Source: Phenylobacterium sp. (lineage in GTDB: Bacteria; Pseudomonadota; Alphaproteobacteria; Caulobacterales; Caulobacteraceae). Taken from it: 64,000 nucleotides of DNA. Each line of letters opens with the position of its first letter. The stretch's first letter is position 1. The stretch covers positions 3,623-67,622 of the forward strand of contig NZ_JADBZL010000023.1 of NCBI RefSeq assembly GCF_020402505.1, in the 5' to 3' direction. Made by a program: the position numbers and the translations under genes. This document shows positions 55,277 to 64,000 of this stretch, in pieces. The notes beneath the pieces were generated by a model. That model made no database searches, was not told where the DNA came from, and saw only the letters and a program-made list of their open reading frames with translations.

Positions 55277-57349
55277 TCAAAGAAGGTGGCGGGTCAGGGC
55301 CCGGATCGCCGGCCTGGTCCCCCGGGCCGCGTCCGACGCGCCGACCTCCATCTCGAAGCGGCAATGAACCCCCGTCGGCGTCACGACCCGAAGATCATCG
55401 GGGTCCGTCGAGGAAAGCATGCGGTGCCGATGAAAGCGATGTCCATACTCACGCGGCGGCAATCCGGCGGCGATGAAGGCGGCGATCGCTTCCGCGCCCC
55501 GGATCTCGCCGGTGGCCGGGCCGGGGGCCCAGACGCCGTCAGGATGAAAGAGGCTCGCCGCTCCGGCGCCGTCGCGCATGTCCACCCGGTCCAGGAAGCG
55601 CATCAGGAGGGATCTCCTGGTGTCCCTGGCGGCGGACTGGGTGTGCAGCCATTCCCGGGCGGCGGGCGACCCGGGCTCGATAAGCTCGTCGGCGTAAAGT
55701 TTCTGAACGTCCGGGTTCTCATGCGAACGACGTCTCGGCGCTGCGGCGTCGATCGCATAGGTCGCCTGACTGCGCTTCTGCAGGACCTGAGGATCCAGCG
55801 ACTTGGGTTCGCCCCCTCCCCCCAGACAACCGCCGACGCACGCCATCACCTCGATGGCGATGTACTCCGACCGCCAGGCCTCGGTCTCCAGAAATCGCTG
55901 GGCGGCGGCGATCCCGTTGCAGACGGCGACAGCGCCGAGGCCCTCCACCCGGGCGGTCTTCACCCCCTCGCTGACGCCGCGCAGCGAACGCCATTCCAGC
56001 GGCAGCGCCTCTTCGGCGTCCCGCAAGTGCGCCGCCGTCCGCAACATGGCTTCCATCACGCCGCCGGATGCGGCGAAGATCTGGCCGGCTCCCGTACTCT
56101 CGCCGAGGGGGCTGTCGAACACCCCGTCGTCTGCGAGCGCGCCAAAGGCGATGCCGCGGGTCCTGATCATCCTCGCCAGTTCCCGCGTCGTCAGCACGTG
56201 GTCGACGTCACCCGACATGCCGGGCCGGCGGGCCTCGTCCTTTTTCGCCGTGCACGGCATGACGGAGACCACATAGGGCTCCGTCCTTCCTTCTGCGAAA
56301 GCTGGCCCCAGGGATCGCGCAAATCCGCCCCGTTTGGTCACGGCGCCGTGCATCTGCTGTGGAGATTTCGTCGTGCTCAGATGCGGCAACAGGTCCGGCC
56401 GATTGATCTCGACCCAGTTCACCCAGCCCGGGCAGCATGACGTGAAGAGCGGAATCCTGTCGCCGTCCGCAAGCCGGCCGAGGAGTTCGAAAGCTTCCTC
56501 GACGATCGTCAGATCGGCGCCGAAGTTGGTGTCGAAGACGTAATCGAAGCCGAGGCTTCTCAACGCATTGATCAACCTTCCCGTACTCACGGCGCCGGGC
56601 GCCATGCCGAACTCTTCACTGATGGCGATGCGCGTCGCCGGCGCGACCTGAACCACCGATACGCGCCGCCGCGTCTCAAGGGTCTTCAGCACATCGCGCC
56701 AGTGCGGCGCTTCGATCAGGGCGCCGACGGGGCAGACGACGGTGCACTGGCCGCAGGAAATGCAGCGGGTGTTCTCGAGCGGCTCATCGAAGACCGTGAC
56801 CGGCAGACGATCGCCGCCCCGTTCCGCAAAGCCGATGACAAACTGCTGCTGGCCGGACTCTCCGCAGGCTTCGGCGCACAGTCCGCATTCAATGCATTTC
56901 GAGAGATCCCGCCAGATGCTCGGCGAAGTGTGGTCGGTCAGCACATGCTCCGGGTGCGACGGGGATCCGACCGGGATCTCGCCCCAGCGCTCCTCCCACT
57001 GGTTTTCGTTCACCAGCCGCTGAAGCTGGCACGAACCGTTCACCTCGCAGCGCATGCAGTCGTTCGGGTGACGCGCCAGCAGCCATTCGGTGTTCGCCTT
57101 GCGGAAGGCGTTCAGGGACGCGGACTCCGTCTCAACCCTGTCGCCGTCCTTCGCAAGCGTGCTGCAGGCGGGTTGAGGGTTGGCCCCGCCCGCCACCTCC
57201 ACCAGGCAGGATCGGCAGACGGAATGCGAGGGCAGTCGGGGATGATGGCACAGTGTGGGCACATGCACGCCCGCAGCCCTTGTCGCCTCAAGCAGGGTTG
57301 CGCCGTCGGCAAGTTCGATGGACCGACCGTTCACCGTCAGCGTGATCAT
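55277..57349 (-). CDS. hydA: Group A monomeric [FeFe]-hydrogenase (2Fe-2S, His-4Fe-4S, 2x4Fe-4S, H-cluster) with C-terminal SnoaL/NTF2-like domain
   Basis: P1 FTSCCPGW, P2 MPCTAKKDE, P3 EVMACVGGCLGGGGEP, plus APA, ADLTIVEE and GGVMEA. F-clusters: PTLC..CRSC..C, HPNDCMRC....SC, CIECGLC...C, CISCGQC...CP. Likely start MITLTVNG at 57349. Confidence 0.92.
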   Translation of the reverse strand: MITLTVNGRSIELADGATLLEATRAAGVHVPTLCHHPRLPSHSVCRSCLVEVAGGANPQPACSTLAKDGDRVETESASLNAFRKANTEWLLARHPNDCMRCEVNGSCQLQRLVNENQWEERWGEIPVGSPSHPEHVLTDHTSPSIWRDLSKCIECGLCAEACGESGQQQFVIGFAERGGDRLPVTVFDEPLENTRCISCGQCTVVCPVGALIEAPHWRDVLKTLETRRRVSVVQVAPATRIAISEEFGMAPGAVSTGRLINALRSLGFDYVFDTNFGADLTIVEEAFELLGRLADGDRIPLFTSCCPGWVNWVEINRPDLLPHLSTTKSPQQMHGAVTKRGGFARSLGPAFAEGRTEPYVVSVMPCTAKKDEARRPGMSGDVDHVLTTRELARMIRTRGIAFGALADDGVFDSPLGESTGAGQIFAASGGVMEAMLRTAAHLRDAEEALPLEWRSLRGVSEGVKTARVEGLGAVAVCNGIAAAQRFLETEAWRSEYIAIEVMACVGGCLGGGGEPKSLDPQVLQKRSQATYAIDAAAPRRRSHENPDVQKLYADELIEPGSPAAREWLHTQSAARDTRRSLLMRFLDRVDMRDGAGAASLFHPDGVWAPGPATGEIRGAEAIAAFIAAGLPPREYGHRFHRHRMLSSTDPDDLRVVTPTGVHCRFEMEVGASDAARGTRPAIRALTRHLL

Positions 57350-57509
57350 GCCGCGACATCCATAGGCGCTCTTGTCACCCGGAACCCTCTCGCCCGGACG
57401 CGGGCCCGGCGCCAGTTCCGGATGAATCCCTAGGGGTGAACGCCCCGGGGCTTCAGCGCCTGCTTCAGGTTGCGAGGGTCCCGGAGCCGCCTCCCGAACG
57501 CCTCTGATC

Positions 57510-59171
57510 TCAAGCGGGGCGTGAAACGATCTTTCGAAGCGCCGCCTCAACCTCGCCGTCGGCGGTGGGCGGGAATGCGGTGCGCCAACCGATATGGCCG
57601 TCCGGTCTGACGAGCACGGCGCCGGCTTCGCCCATGCGGTAGAGATCTTCGAATCGCGGGTTGGACTGAAGTCCCGGGGAACCCATCCGGTATCGATACA
57701 CTCGCAGCCCCAGAACCCGCTCGGCTGCGGCCGCCTGTTCCATCCAAGCCTCCCCGCCGCGCGCCGCCAGCAAGGTGAACCCTGGGCCGAACAGGTCCAA
57801 CGTGGAAAATTGGGCTTCCGGTCGCCCGATCCAGACATGCGGAGCCCGCGCACCCGGCGTGGCGGACTGAGTGTAGTCGGAGTAACTGTCCTCGACGTCT
57901 GGCGGCTCGCTTCCGTCGGCGATCACGGCCGACGAGACATAGACGGCGCCGAACTCGACCCCCAGGTGATTACCATATCGGCGAGAGGCGCTCGCGACTT
58001 CGGCAGGGTCGAGGCCGCTGTCCCGGCCCGAACGCGCTGCAGCGTGAACCTTGGCGACGTTGGCGGAATTCGTCAGGGACTGGGCGGCGATCTGCTGAGA
58101 GAGACGACGGCGCTCGTCCTGGTAGGTGCCCAGCAAGGGCCAGCCGGCAAGCGCCTTCACACACAGGGCGAGCTTCCACATGACGTTGTGCATGCCCTGC
58201 AGCCCGGTGTTTACGCCCAGGCCTCCGGTGGGCGGAAACTGATGTGCGGCGTCGCCGCACATCACCACCCGACCGACAACCAGCTGATCGGCGACCGTGG
58301 CGTTCATCTTCCACAGGCCGAGCGAGACGACATCGACTTCAAGATCCTCCACGCCGACGGCCGCGCGCACCCACTCGCGGGCGCGGTCCTTTGTGAACGC
58401 TTCCAAAGACCAATCCTCAGGGCGAACGCCTATCTGGCAGAGCCACCGACCGGCGCCGTCCAGCGGCTGGAGCACACCTTGGGCGCGGGGGTTGGAGACG
58501 AACATCAGGACACTCTTCCTGTCCGCGATCAAGGGCTCGATCTCGGCTCGAAAGTAGCAGTTGACGACGTGCGAGAGCCCCCGAGGTCCCTCCATATCTA
58601 ATCCCAGCTCACTCCGGATCAGGCTGCCCGCGCCATCCGCCGCCACGAGGGCCGATCCATTGATCTGTTCGACCCGGCGGTTGGCGAGATCCAGGACTTC
58701 CAGCGTTACGCTGCTGTCTGCCGGGTGCCCGCCCTGAACCAGACGTGTCGCCTCGTGGCGAAAACGGAACTCGATCAATCCCGTCGCTCGTGCGGCGTCC
58801 AGCAGGATCTCCTCGAGGAGTTCCTGCGACGACATGATGGGCAGGGCGGGGCTGATGTCCGCCCCAGGCCCCTCGAAACCCTTGGTCTCGATCAGCCCGT
58901 ACTCCTCGCCCGTCGCGGACGTCAGAAACCGTATGGGGCTCTTCCACCCTTCCGGAGTATCGATGCTGCGTAACCGCCTGTAGACGGCCTCGCCCCAGCC
59001 GCGGGCGATCTCCATGGTGCGCGTATTGATGTTGCGCGTCTTGGGATGCCAGGACGTCGTTTCACGCTTTTCCACCACGAGGCTCGGCACGCCGAAACGC
59101 GCCAGCTCAAGAGCGGCGCCCAATCCCACCGGTCCGGCGCCGAGGATCAAGATGCGTTCAAGTCTAGTCAT
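57510..59171 (-). CDS. FAD-dependent aromatic monooxygenase (PheA/TfdB-like)
   Basis: GAGPVGL, ADGAGS.IR, GDAAHQFPPTGGLGVNTG and LVRPDGH. Confidence 0.92.
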   Translation of the reverse strand: MTRLERILILGAGPVGLGAALELARFGVPSLVVEKRETTSWHPKTRNINTRTMEIARGWGEAVYRRLRSIDTPEGWKSPIRFLTSATGEEYGLIETKGFEGPGADISPALPIMSSQELLEEILLDAARATGLIEFRFRHEATRLVQGGHPADSSVTLEVLDLANRRVEQINGSALVAADGAGSLIRSELGLDMEGPRGLSHVVNCYFRAEIEPLIADRKSVLMFVSNPRAQGVLQPLDGAGRWLCQIGVRPEDWSLEAFTKDRAREWVRAAVGVEDLEVDVVSLGLWKMNATVADQLVVGRVVMCGDAAHQFPPTGGLGVNTGLQGMHNVMWKLALCVKALAGWPLLGTYQDERRRLSQQIAAQSLTNSANVAKVHAAARSGRDSGLDPAEVASASRRYGNHLGVEFGAVYVSSAVIADGSEPPDVEDSYSDYTQSATPGARAPHVWIGRPEAQFSTLDLFGPGFTLLAARGGEAWMEQAAAAERVLGLRVYRYRMGSPGLQSNPRFEDLYRMGEAGAVLVRPDGHIGWRTAFPPTADGEVEAALRKIVSRPA

Positions 59172-59811
59172 GTCGAGGAACCGCTGAATCCAGGTATTTG
59201 GCGCGATATCCGAGCGCTCTGAGCGTCAGGCGCACATGTCTCCGGGTGTTTGCGGTCACCGGCGCCGACGGCGCGGCCGGCGAGGCCTGCAGGTCCGAGA
59301 GGCCGTGAACGGCGGTCCATGCGAAATACTGGTCTTCGGGCGTCGCAGTCTCGATCAGGCCATGCGCATGAAGCTCGGCGAGCGCCTTGCCCAGCCATTG
59401 ATAGGTGGTGGGCCGCTCAGGCCTGGGCGCCTCAGGATCGCGACCATAAGGGCCGAACATCAGCCTCCAGAGACCGTAGTGGGTGCTGGCGAATGTCACG
59501 TAGGCTATGGCGAGCGCCTCGAACCTCGCCACCGCATCGGCCCCGCTCGTCGCCGTTGAATCGAAGGGTAGCGCCGCAGCGAACCGCTCAGCGAGAAGGT
59601 CGAAGCCCGCCTGGGCGACGGCGCGAAGGATGGCGTCCCGATCCTCGAAGTGCCGGTAGATCGCGCCCGGCGAGACGCCCAGCTGGCGTGAGAGGTCGCG
59701 CATGGACAGACCTTCGATCGCACCCAGGCGCGCTTCGGCCAACGCATGCCGGATCACCTCCTCGCGCAGGCGACCATGATGCAGGGGTTTCGTGTCGGCG
59801 GACTGGGTCAT
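59164..59811 (-). CDS. TetR-family regulator
   Basis: HHG.LRE...GLSMRDLSRQLGVSPGAIYRHF. Confidence 0.93.
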   Translation of the reverse strand: MTQSADTKPLHHGRLREEVIRHALAEARLGAIEGLSMRDLSRQLGVSPGAIYRHFEDRDAILRAVAQAGFDLLAERFAAALPFDSTATSGADAVARFEALAIAYVTFASTHYGLWRLMFGPYGRDPEAPRPERPTTYQWLGKALAELHAHGLIETATPEDQYFAWTAVHGLSDLQASPAAPSAPVTANTRRHVRLTLRALGYRAKYLDSAVPRHD

Positions 59812-59821
59812 GTCGCCAGGG

Positions 59822-59874
59822 TGTAATCAGTGTTTACATCGATCGCAAGGGGCGGTATGTAAACAGTGATTACA
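59822..59874. promoter_or_regulatory. Paired TetR-type operators
   Basis: TGTAATCAGTGTTTACAT (59822-59839) and ATGTAAACAGTGATTACA (59857-59874): 18-bp inverted copies with one mismatch, in the divergent promoter region. Confidence 0.72.
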
Positions 59875-60735
59875 GCGGAGAACCCCGTGACCAAAAGGAA
59901 CGCAAGAGCCCCTTACGCGTCGGGCGAAGACCGGATGATTTCGACCTCTCTCGGCGAAATCGCCGTGCGGGTCGTGGGTGACGGACCGCAGAAGGTTGTG
60001 CTCTGGCCGGCGATCTTCACCGACCATAATATCTATGACCGGCTCGTGGACGGTCTGGCGTCGGCGGCGACCTTTGTCCTGATTGACGGCCCTGGGCACG
60101 GGCGCAGCCCGGGTGTGGCCCGGGAGTTCACCCTGGGCGAAACGGCCGCGGCGATGCTGTCGGTCATGGATGCGCTCGGGATCGACAGGGCCACGGTGGG
60201 CGGCGTTTCCTGGGGCGGCATGGTGGCGGCTGAGGCGACCCTCAAGGCGCCGGAACGTGTTGAACGACTGATCCTTATGAACACCCCCATGGATATCTGT
60301 GGCGCGCATCCGAAATTCGGTGACCGGCTCGTCGCACTCGGCGCCCGGTGGATGCTGAACCGCGAGGTGTTCCGCAACGGCGTCGCGAGAAGCTTCTTCA
60401 GACCCGAGTCGCTTTCTCGTGATCCGGACGCCTCCAGGTCCTTTCATGCGATGCTCAGCAGAGCGGATCCGGTCCGATTGTCGGCCGCCGTGCGGTCCGT
60501 CATCCTGCGGGGGCAGCCTCTGCGTCCGCGCTTGTCCGCAATCACTGCCCCCACACTGGTGATCTCCGGGATCAACGATGGCCTTTATCCGCTTGAAGGG
60601 CAGGCGTCGGCGGCGCTGAGGCTGCAAGACGGCCGCTTCGCCCCCGTCGAGGGTTGTCACATCTCGCCGATCGATGCGCCAGAGGAGGTCAAGAGCCTGA
60701 TCAAAGCCTTTCTGACCGAGGAGTCCTACAGATGA
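59866..60735 (+). CDS. Alpha/beta hydrolase (enol-lactonase-like)
   Basis: DGPGHGRS, GVSWGG nucleophile and C-terminal His (GCHISP). The true start is probably downstream (GTG or MISTSLG). Confidence 0.85.
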   Translation: MITAENPVTKRNARAPYASGEDRMISTSLGEIAVRVVGDGPQKVVLWPAIFTDHNIYDRLVDGLASAATFVLIDGPGHGRSPGVAREFTLGETAAAMLSVMDALGIDRATVGGVSWGGMVAAEATLKAPERVERLILMNTPMDICGAHPKFGDRLVALGARWMLNREVFRNGVARSFFRPESLSRDPDASRSFHAMLSRADPVRLSAAVRSVILRGQPLRPRLSAITAPTLVISGINDGLYPLEGQASAALRLQDGRFAPVEGCHISPIDAPEEVKSLIKAFLTEESYR

Positions 60736-61586
60736 CGATCTTGGTGCTGGGAGCCACCGGTCAACAGGGCGGCGTCGTCGCGCGCGCCCTTTTGGCCCGA
60801 GGCCGAACCGTTCGAGCCCTCACCCGTCGACCGGATGGCGCGGCCGCTCAGGAACTCTCGGCGATCGGGGCCGAGGTCGTCGGGGGCGACCTCGATCAGC
60901 CCGGGACGCTGGACGCCGCCTTTGCCGGCGCGACCGGCGTCTTCTCTGTCCAGGACTACTATGCCCCAGGTGTGGGGCTTGCGGGAGAGATCCGCCAAGG
61001 CCGCGCTGTGATCGCCGCCGCCAAGCGCGCGGGGGTGCGTCATATCGTTCAATCAACCATGGGCGATGGCTTCGACATCGGCGGACCGCCTCACTTCCTT
61101 TCGAAGGCTGTGCTGGAACAGGAGGTTCGCCGAAGCGGACTCGAATGGACGCTGCTCGGCACCGTCTGGTTCCTGGACAATCTCTTGAACCCGGCAATGC
61201 AGCCGCACCTGATGTTTCCAGTACTCTCCGGCAGCCTGCGGGATACGACCCGCTTCCAGATGTTGGCCCTGGAGGATCTGGGGTGGATCGCGGCGGAAGC
61301 GCTGGCCAATCCGGCGCATTGGGCCGGACGCAAGATCAATCTCGCCGGCGACACGCTGACCGTGCCCCAGATGAAGGCGGTCTATCGTCAGGTCCTGGGA
61401 CGAAATCCAAAGTCTTGGCGTCTTCCCGCCTTCCTGTTTCGCCGACTTGTCCCGGAGTTTGCGGAGCAGCTGAGGTGGCACAACGATGTGGGGTTCGCCT
61501 TCGACGAGGGTCCGTTCCGCAAGGTCAAACCCGACGCCATGGGCTTTCGCCGCTTCCTTGAGAAACATCCGATCCGAGACATGTAG
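60732..61586 (+). CDS. NmrA-family NAD(P)-binding protein
   Basis: ILVLGATGQQGG, GDL, HFLSK. Confidence 0.9.
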   Translation: MTILVLGATGQQGGVVARALLARGRTVRALTRRPDGAAAQELSAIGAEVVGGDLDQPGTLDAAFAGATGVFSVQDYYAPGVGLAGEIRQGRAVIAAAKRAGVRHIVQSTMGDGFDIGGPPHFLSKAVLEQEVRRSGLEWTLLGTVWFLDNLLNPAMQPHLMFPVLSGSLRDTTRFQMLALEDLGWIAAEALANPAHWAGRKINLAGDTLTVPQMKAVYRQVLGRNPKSWRLPAFLFRRLVPEFAEQLRWHNDVGFAFDEGPFRKVKPDAMGFRRFLEKHPIRDM

Positions 61587-61670
61587 GCGCGCAGGATCAC
61601 GGCCAGGACTTGACACTGTCATTTCAAAATGACCCGCGCCGATTGGGTCGTTGAAAAGGGAGGCACGCAG

Positions 61671-62936
61671 ATGGAGCTGAAAGAGTTGGTCGCCAGTGAC
61701 GGGGGCTGGATCAACCCGCGTATCTTTTCCGACGAAGAGCTCTATCGGGCTGAACAACGTGCGGTTTTCGGACATTCCTGGCTGTTCGTCGGTCACCTCA
61801 GTCAGCTCCCGGAGCCTGGATCTTTCCTGCGGGTCTGGATGGGTGAGGAGTCGGTCCTGGTCACCCGAGACCGGTCGGGCGCCTTGCGGGCTCACCTCAA
61901 TGCCTGTCGCCATCGAGGTTTCCAGGTCTGCCAGGAAGATCGGGGCCACGCGAGCAGGTTTCAGTGCCGCTATCACGGCTGGGTTTATGGATCTGACGGC
62001 GCACTGATCGGCGTACCGGGCGAGGACACCATCTATTATGGCGAAGTCGACAAGAAGGCCTGGGGTCTCATCCCTGTGCGCGTCGAGGTCTATAAGGGCC
62101 TGATCTTCGGGTGCTTCGACAACGACGCCCCGGCGCTGGTCGAATGGCTGGGCGATATGGCCTGGTATCTCGATATCCTCCTGGATCGCCGCGAAGGCGG
62201 AACCGAGCTGCTCGGCCCGCACCGTTGGAGGATCAAGGCGAACTGGAAGGTGGTGGCCGAAAATCACTGTGGGGACGAGTACCACATCGGATTCGCCCAC
62301 GGCTCCAACTTCCCGCCGGATCTCGGCGCCAACCGCGCAACGCCCCTGCCCCTGGCCCGCGAGATCCGACCGGGGCTCGGCCATGGCCTTGGGGCCAACA
62401 TCTATCCCGATGAACTGGCGCCCGAAGACTGGCTGGGCGCCGCGATGCCGCCCTATCCGGCCCATGTCTTCGACTATCTGCGCGCCAGCTTCGATGAGGC
62501 GGAGAAGAGGCTGGGTCGCCATCGAGCGCGAATAAGTCTCATACACGGAGCCGTCTGGCCAAACCTCGGGATGGTGCCGGTGTTCAGCACCCTCCGGGCG
62601 ATCCATCCCCGGGGCGTCAATGAGGTCGAGATGTGGTCCTATTGCCTCGTCGACCGGGATGCACCGCCGGACGTGAAGGCCTGGATGGTCTCGCGCTCGA
62701 CCACGACCTTTGGGCCCGGCGGAAGCTTCGAGCAGGACGACGCCAACAACTGGTCCGCCGTCACCCGCTCCAGCTTCGGCCTCCAGGCAAGGAAGGGCCG
62801 GTTGAATCTGCAGATGGGACTCGGCCACGAAGAGCGGTCCGACCGTCTGCCGGGCGAGCTCGGCCTGACAGCCAGCGAGATTAATCAGCGCGGCTTCTAT
62901 CGTCGTTGGCGTCAAGAGCTGGAGGCCGCGACGTGA
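61671..62936 (+). CDS. Rieske aromatic ring-hydroxylating dioxygenase alpha subunit
   Basis: CRHRG...CRYHGW Rieske motif, ENHCGDEYHIGFAH and EQDD iron ligands. Confidence 0.95.
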   Translation: MELKELVASDGGWINPRIFSDEELYRAEQRAVFGHSWLFVGHLSQLPEPGSFLRVWMGEESVLVTRDRSGALRAHLNACRHRGFQVCQEDRGHASRFQCRYHGWVYGSDGALIGVPGEDTIYYGEVDKKAWGLIPVRVEVYKGLIFGCFDNDAPALVEWLGDMAWYLDILLDRREGGTELLGPHRWRIKANWKVVAENHCGDEYHIGFAHGSNFPPDLGANRATPLPLAREIRPGLGHGLGANIYPDELAPEDWLGAAMPPYPAHVFDYLRASFDEAEKRLGRHRARISLIHGAVWPNLGMVPVFSTLRAIHPRGVNEVEMWSYCLVDRDAPPDVKAWMVSRSTTTFGPGGSFEQDDANNWSAVTRSSFGLQARKGRLNLQMGLGHEERSDRLPGELGLTASEINQRGFYRRWRQELEAAT

Positions 62937-63469
62937 CCGAGGCCGAAGTGCTTCGCCAGGCTCGTATCGAGCAATGGCTCTATCGGGAGGCTCGGCTGCT
63001 CGATGAGCGGCGTTGGGACCTCTGGCTCGACCTGATGGATGAGCAGATCCGCTACGTGGTGCCGGACAGGACTTGGCGGCTGCAGAGCGATGTCCGCGAC
63101 TTCGCCACCTGGTCGGTCGACGCTGAACTCTCGCCGCCCTGGGGAGCGCCCCTGATCGACGAGGATCTCGCGGCCCTTCGCCAGCGTGTCGCCCGGTTCC
63201 AGAGCCGAATGGGCTGGTCGGAGATGCCCGCGTCGATGACCCGCCGGATCGTCTCCAATGTGATGATCGACGCCGTTCAAGGGTCGCTGCTTTCGGTGGT
63301 CAGCAACCTGTTCCTGTCCAAGGTCCGACCGGACGAGGTCGCCCTGTTCACAGCCCAGCGTCGAGACCAGCTCATTGATCTCGACGGAGATGGCCTGCGC
63401 CTGCGATCAAGGACCGTCGTCCTGGATGCCGTCGTGCTCCCTTCAGAGAACCTGTCACTCCTGTTCTGA
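62933..63469 (+). CDS. Ring-hydroxylating dioxygenase beta subunit
   Basis: WLYREARLLDE...W, WSEMPAS.T.R.VSNV and R.V.LD......NL. Confidence 0.92.
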   Translation: MTEAEVLRQARIEQWLYREARLLDERRWDLWLDLMDEQIRYVVPDRTWRLQSDVRDFATWSVDAELSPPWGAPLIDEDLAALRQRVARFQSRMGWSEMPASMTRRIVSNVMIDAVQGSLLSVVSNLFLSKVRPDEVALFTAQRRDQLIDLDGDGLRLRSRTVVLDAVVLPSENLSLLF

Positions 63470-63832
63470 TCCGCTTGACCTTTGGGAGAGCCGCGCAGCC
63501 AGCTCAGCCTCGTCGTTCAGGAACCAGACGTGATCGCCGCGATTGCACTCCCGCACCCAGTCGCGCAGGGCGGAGGATGTCGCCAGGGCGGGCCCGATGT
63601 CGCCCAGGATCGCCAATCCAATCCGATAGTTGACGCACTTCTGGGCGAATTCGCCGGCCTGACCGGTCGACAGGACGAGAAATCCGGGCGGCAGGCCTGC
63701 GGCCTTCAGCGCGACCCAGCGCGCTCCAGCCTCGAGGGCGGCGCCAATCAGGTCGGAGGCCTCGCCCCGGCCGGGAATCCGGTCCAGGACCAGGACCGCA
63801 GGGTCGGGCCTATCCGTCGGCGGCGGGGTCAT
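63455..63832 (-). CDS. DUF4180-like protein
   Basis: F..LSTG.AGEF.QK..NYR..LAI.GD......S.ALRD.VRE.NRG. Confidence 0.8.
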   Translation of the reverse strand: MTPPPTDRPDPAVLVLDRIPGRGEASDLIGAALEAGARWVALKAAGLPPGFLVLSTGQAGEFAQKCVNYRIGLAILGDIGPALATSSALRDWVRECNRGDHVWFLNDEAELAARLSQRSSGSEQE

Positions 63833-63936
63833 GCCGGCCTTTTCGCCCGGCGAACCTTTCTGGAAAGTTAGCCTCACGCAGTTTTGACTCACCGGTACGG
63901 GCTGGAGGCCGCAGGACATTCGGCGTAGGAGAAGCC

Positions 63937-64000
63937 ATGCCCGTGATCGACCTCGGCGACCTCCTGGCGGAACGCACCCGGACCACCCCCCTGACGGGTG
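63937..64000 (+). CDS. Start of an unidentified ORF (runs off the window end)
   Basis: AGGAG SD then ATG, MPVIDLGDLLAERTRTTPLTG. Confidence 0.4.
   Translation, partial: MPVIDLGDLLAERTRTTPLTG

Noticed and set aside
55277-57349. NuoG, formate dehydrogenase or Nar1/Narf instead of hydrogenase
   Set aside because: The F-cluster region is shared with NuoG, but full H-cluster motifs P1-P3 are present and no molybdopterin domain is seen.
57378-57484. Cobalamin or TPP riboswitch (AUCCGGAACUG and AACCUGA fragments)
   Set aside because: Only short fragments match. The conserved cores and their spacing are missing.
57350-57853. 168-aa N-terminal extension of the hydrogenase ORF
   Set aside because: It overlaps the monooxygenase 3' end and has no domain character. 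The 2Fe-2S domain starts at MITLTVNG.
54184-62915. Long alternative-frame ORFs (for example 54184-55476 and 61053-62915, also 17785-18963 and 26927-28393)
   Set aside because: They overlap well-supported genes and have low-complexity Arg/Pro/Gly-rich translations typical of high-GC shadow frames.
1-64000. CRISPR array, tRNA, rRNA, prophage or defence system
   Set aside because: I saw no regularly spaced repeats, cloverleafs or phage/defence motifs. The recurring AT-rich palindromes are dispersed operators, not an array.

Overview
A high-GC alphaproteobacterial window. Gene content and two CtrA-like boxes suggest Caulobacterales (inference). It has four parts. (1) 1-1.9 kb: the 5' part of hppD on the minus strand (missing from the ORF track), a DUF6665-like gene and a pentapeptide-repeat gene. 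(2) About 3.1-49.4 kb: a catabolic island of roughly 45 genes, bounded by decayed IS481/IS3 pieces. It carries two TonB-dependent receptors, a secreted CpcT/CpeT bilin-lyase-like protein, DUF1838-like and DUF3598-like proteins, a HapK/RedY-like protein, many C-N hydrolases, a LeuCD-like hydratase with an isocitrate-lyase-family lyase, and a CoA-transferase/MaoC/CitE module. One 24-bp palindromic operator (AAATGATATA-N4-TATATCATTT) recurs at 8 promoter regions, and a second operator (AATGTCCGGACAT) occurs twice. My main hypothesis, which is inference, is an undescribed pathway for uptake and breakdown of bilins, tetrapyrroles or other pyrrole/maleimide compounds. (3) 50-55 kb: ordinary genes (CoA transferase, lytic transglycosylase, acyl-CoA dehydrogenase, ThiO-like oxidase, DUF6544-like). 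(4) 55-64 kb: a motif-complete group A [FeFe]-hydrogenase with a C-terminal SnoaL/NTF2-like domain and no maturase genes in the window. It lies downstream of TetR and a flavin monooxygenase, with a divergent hydrolase, NmrA and Rieske dioxygenase alpha/beta. I saw no rRNA, tRNA or CRISPR array. All family assignments come from reading motifs by eye, not from database searches.
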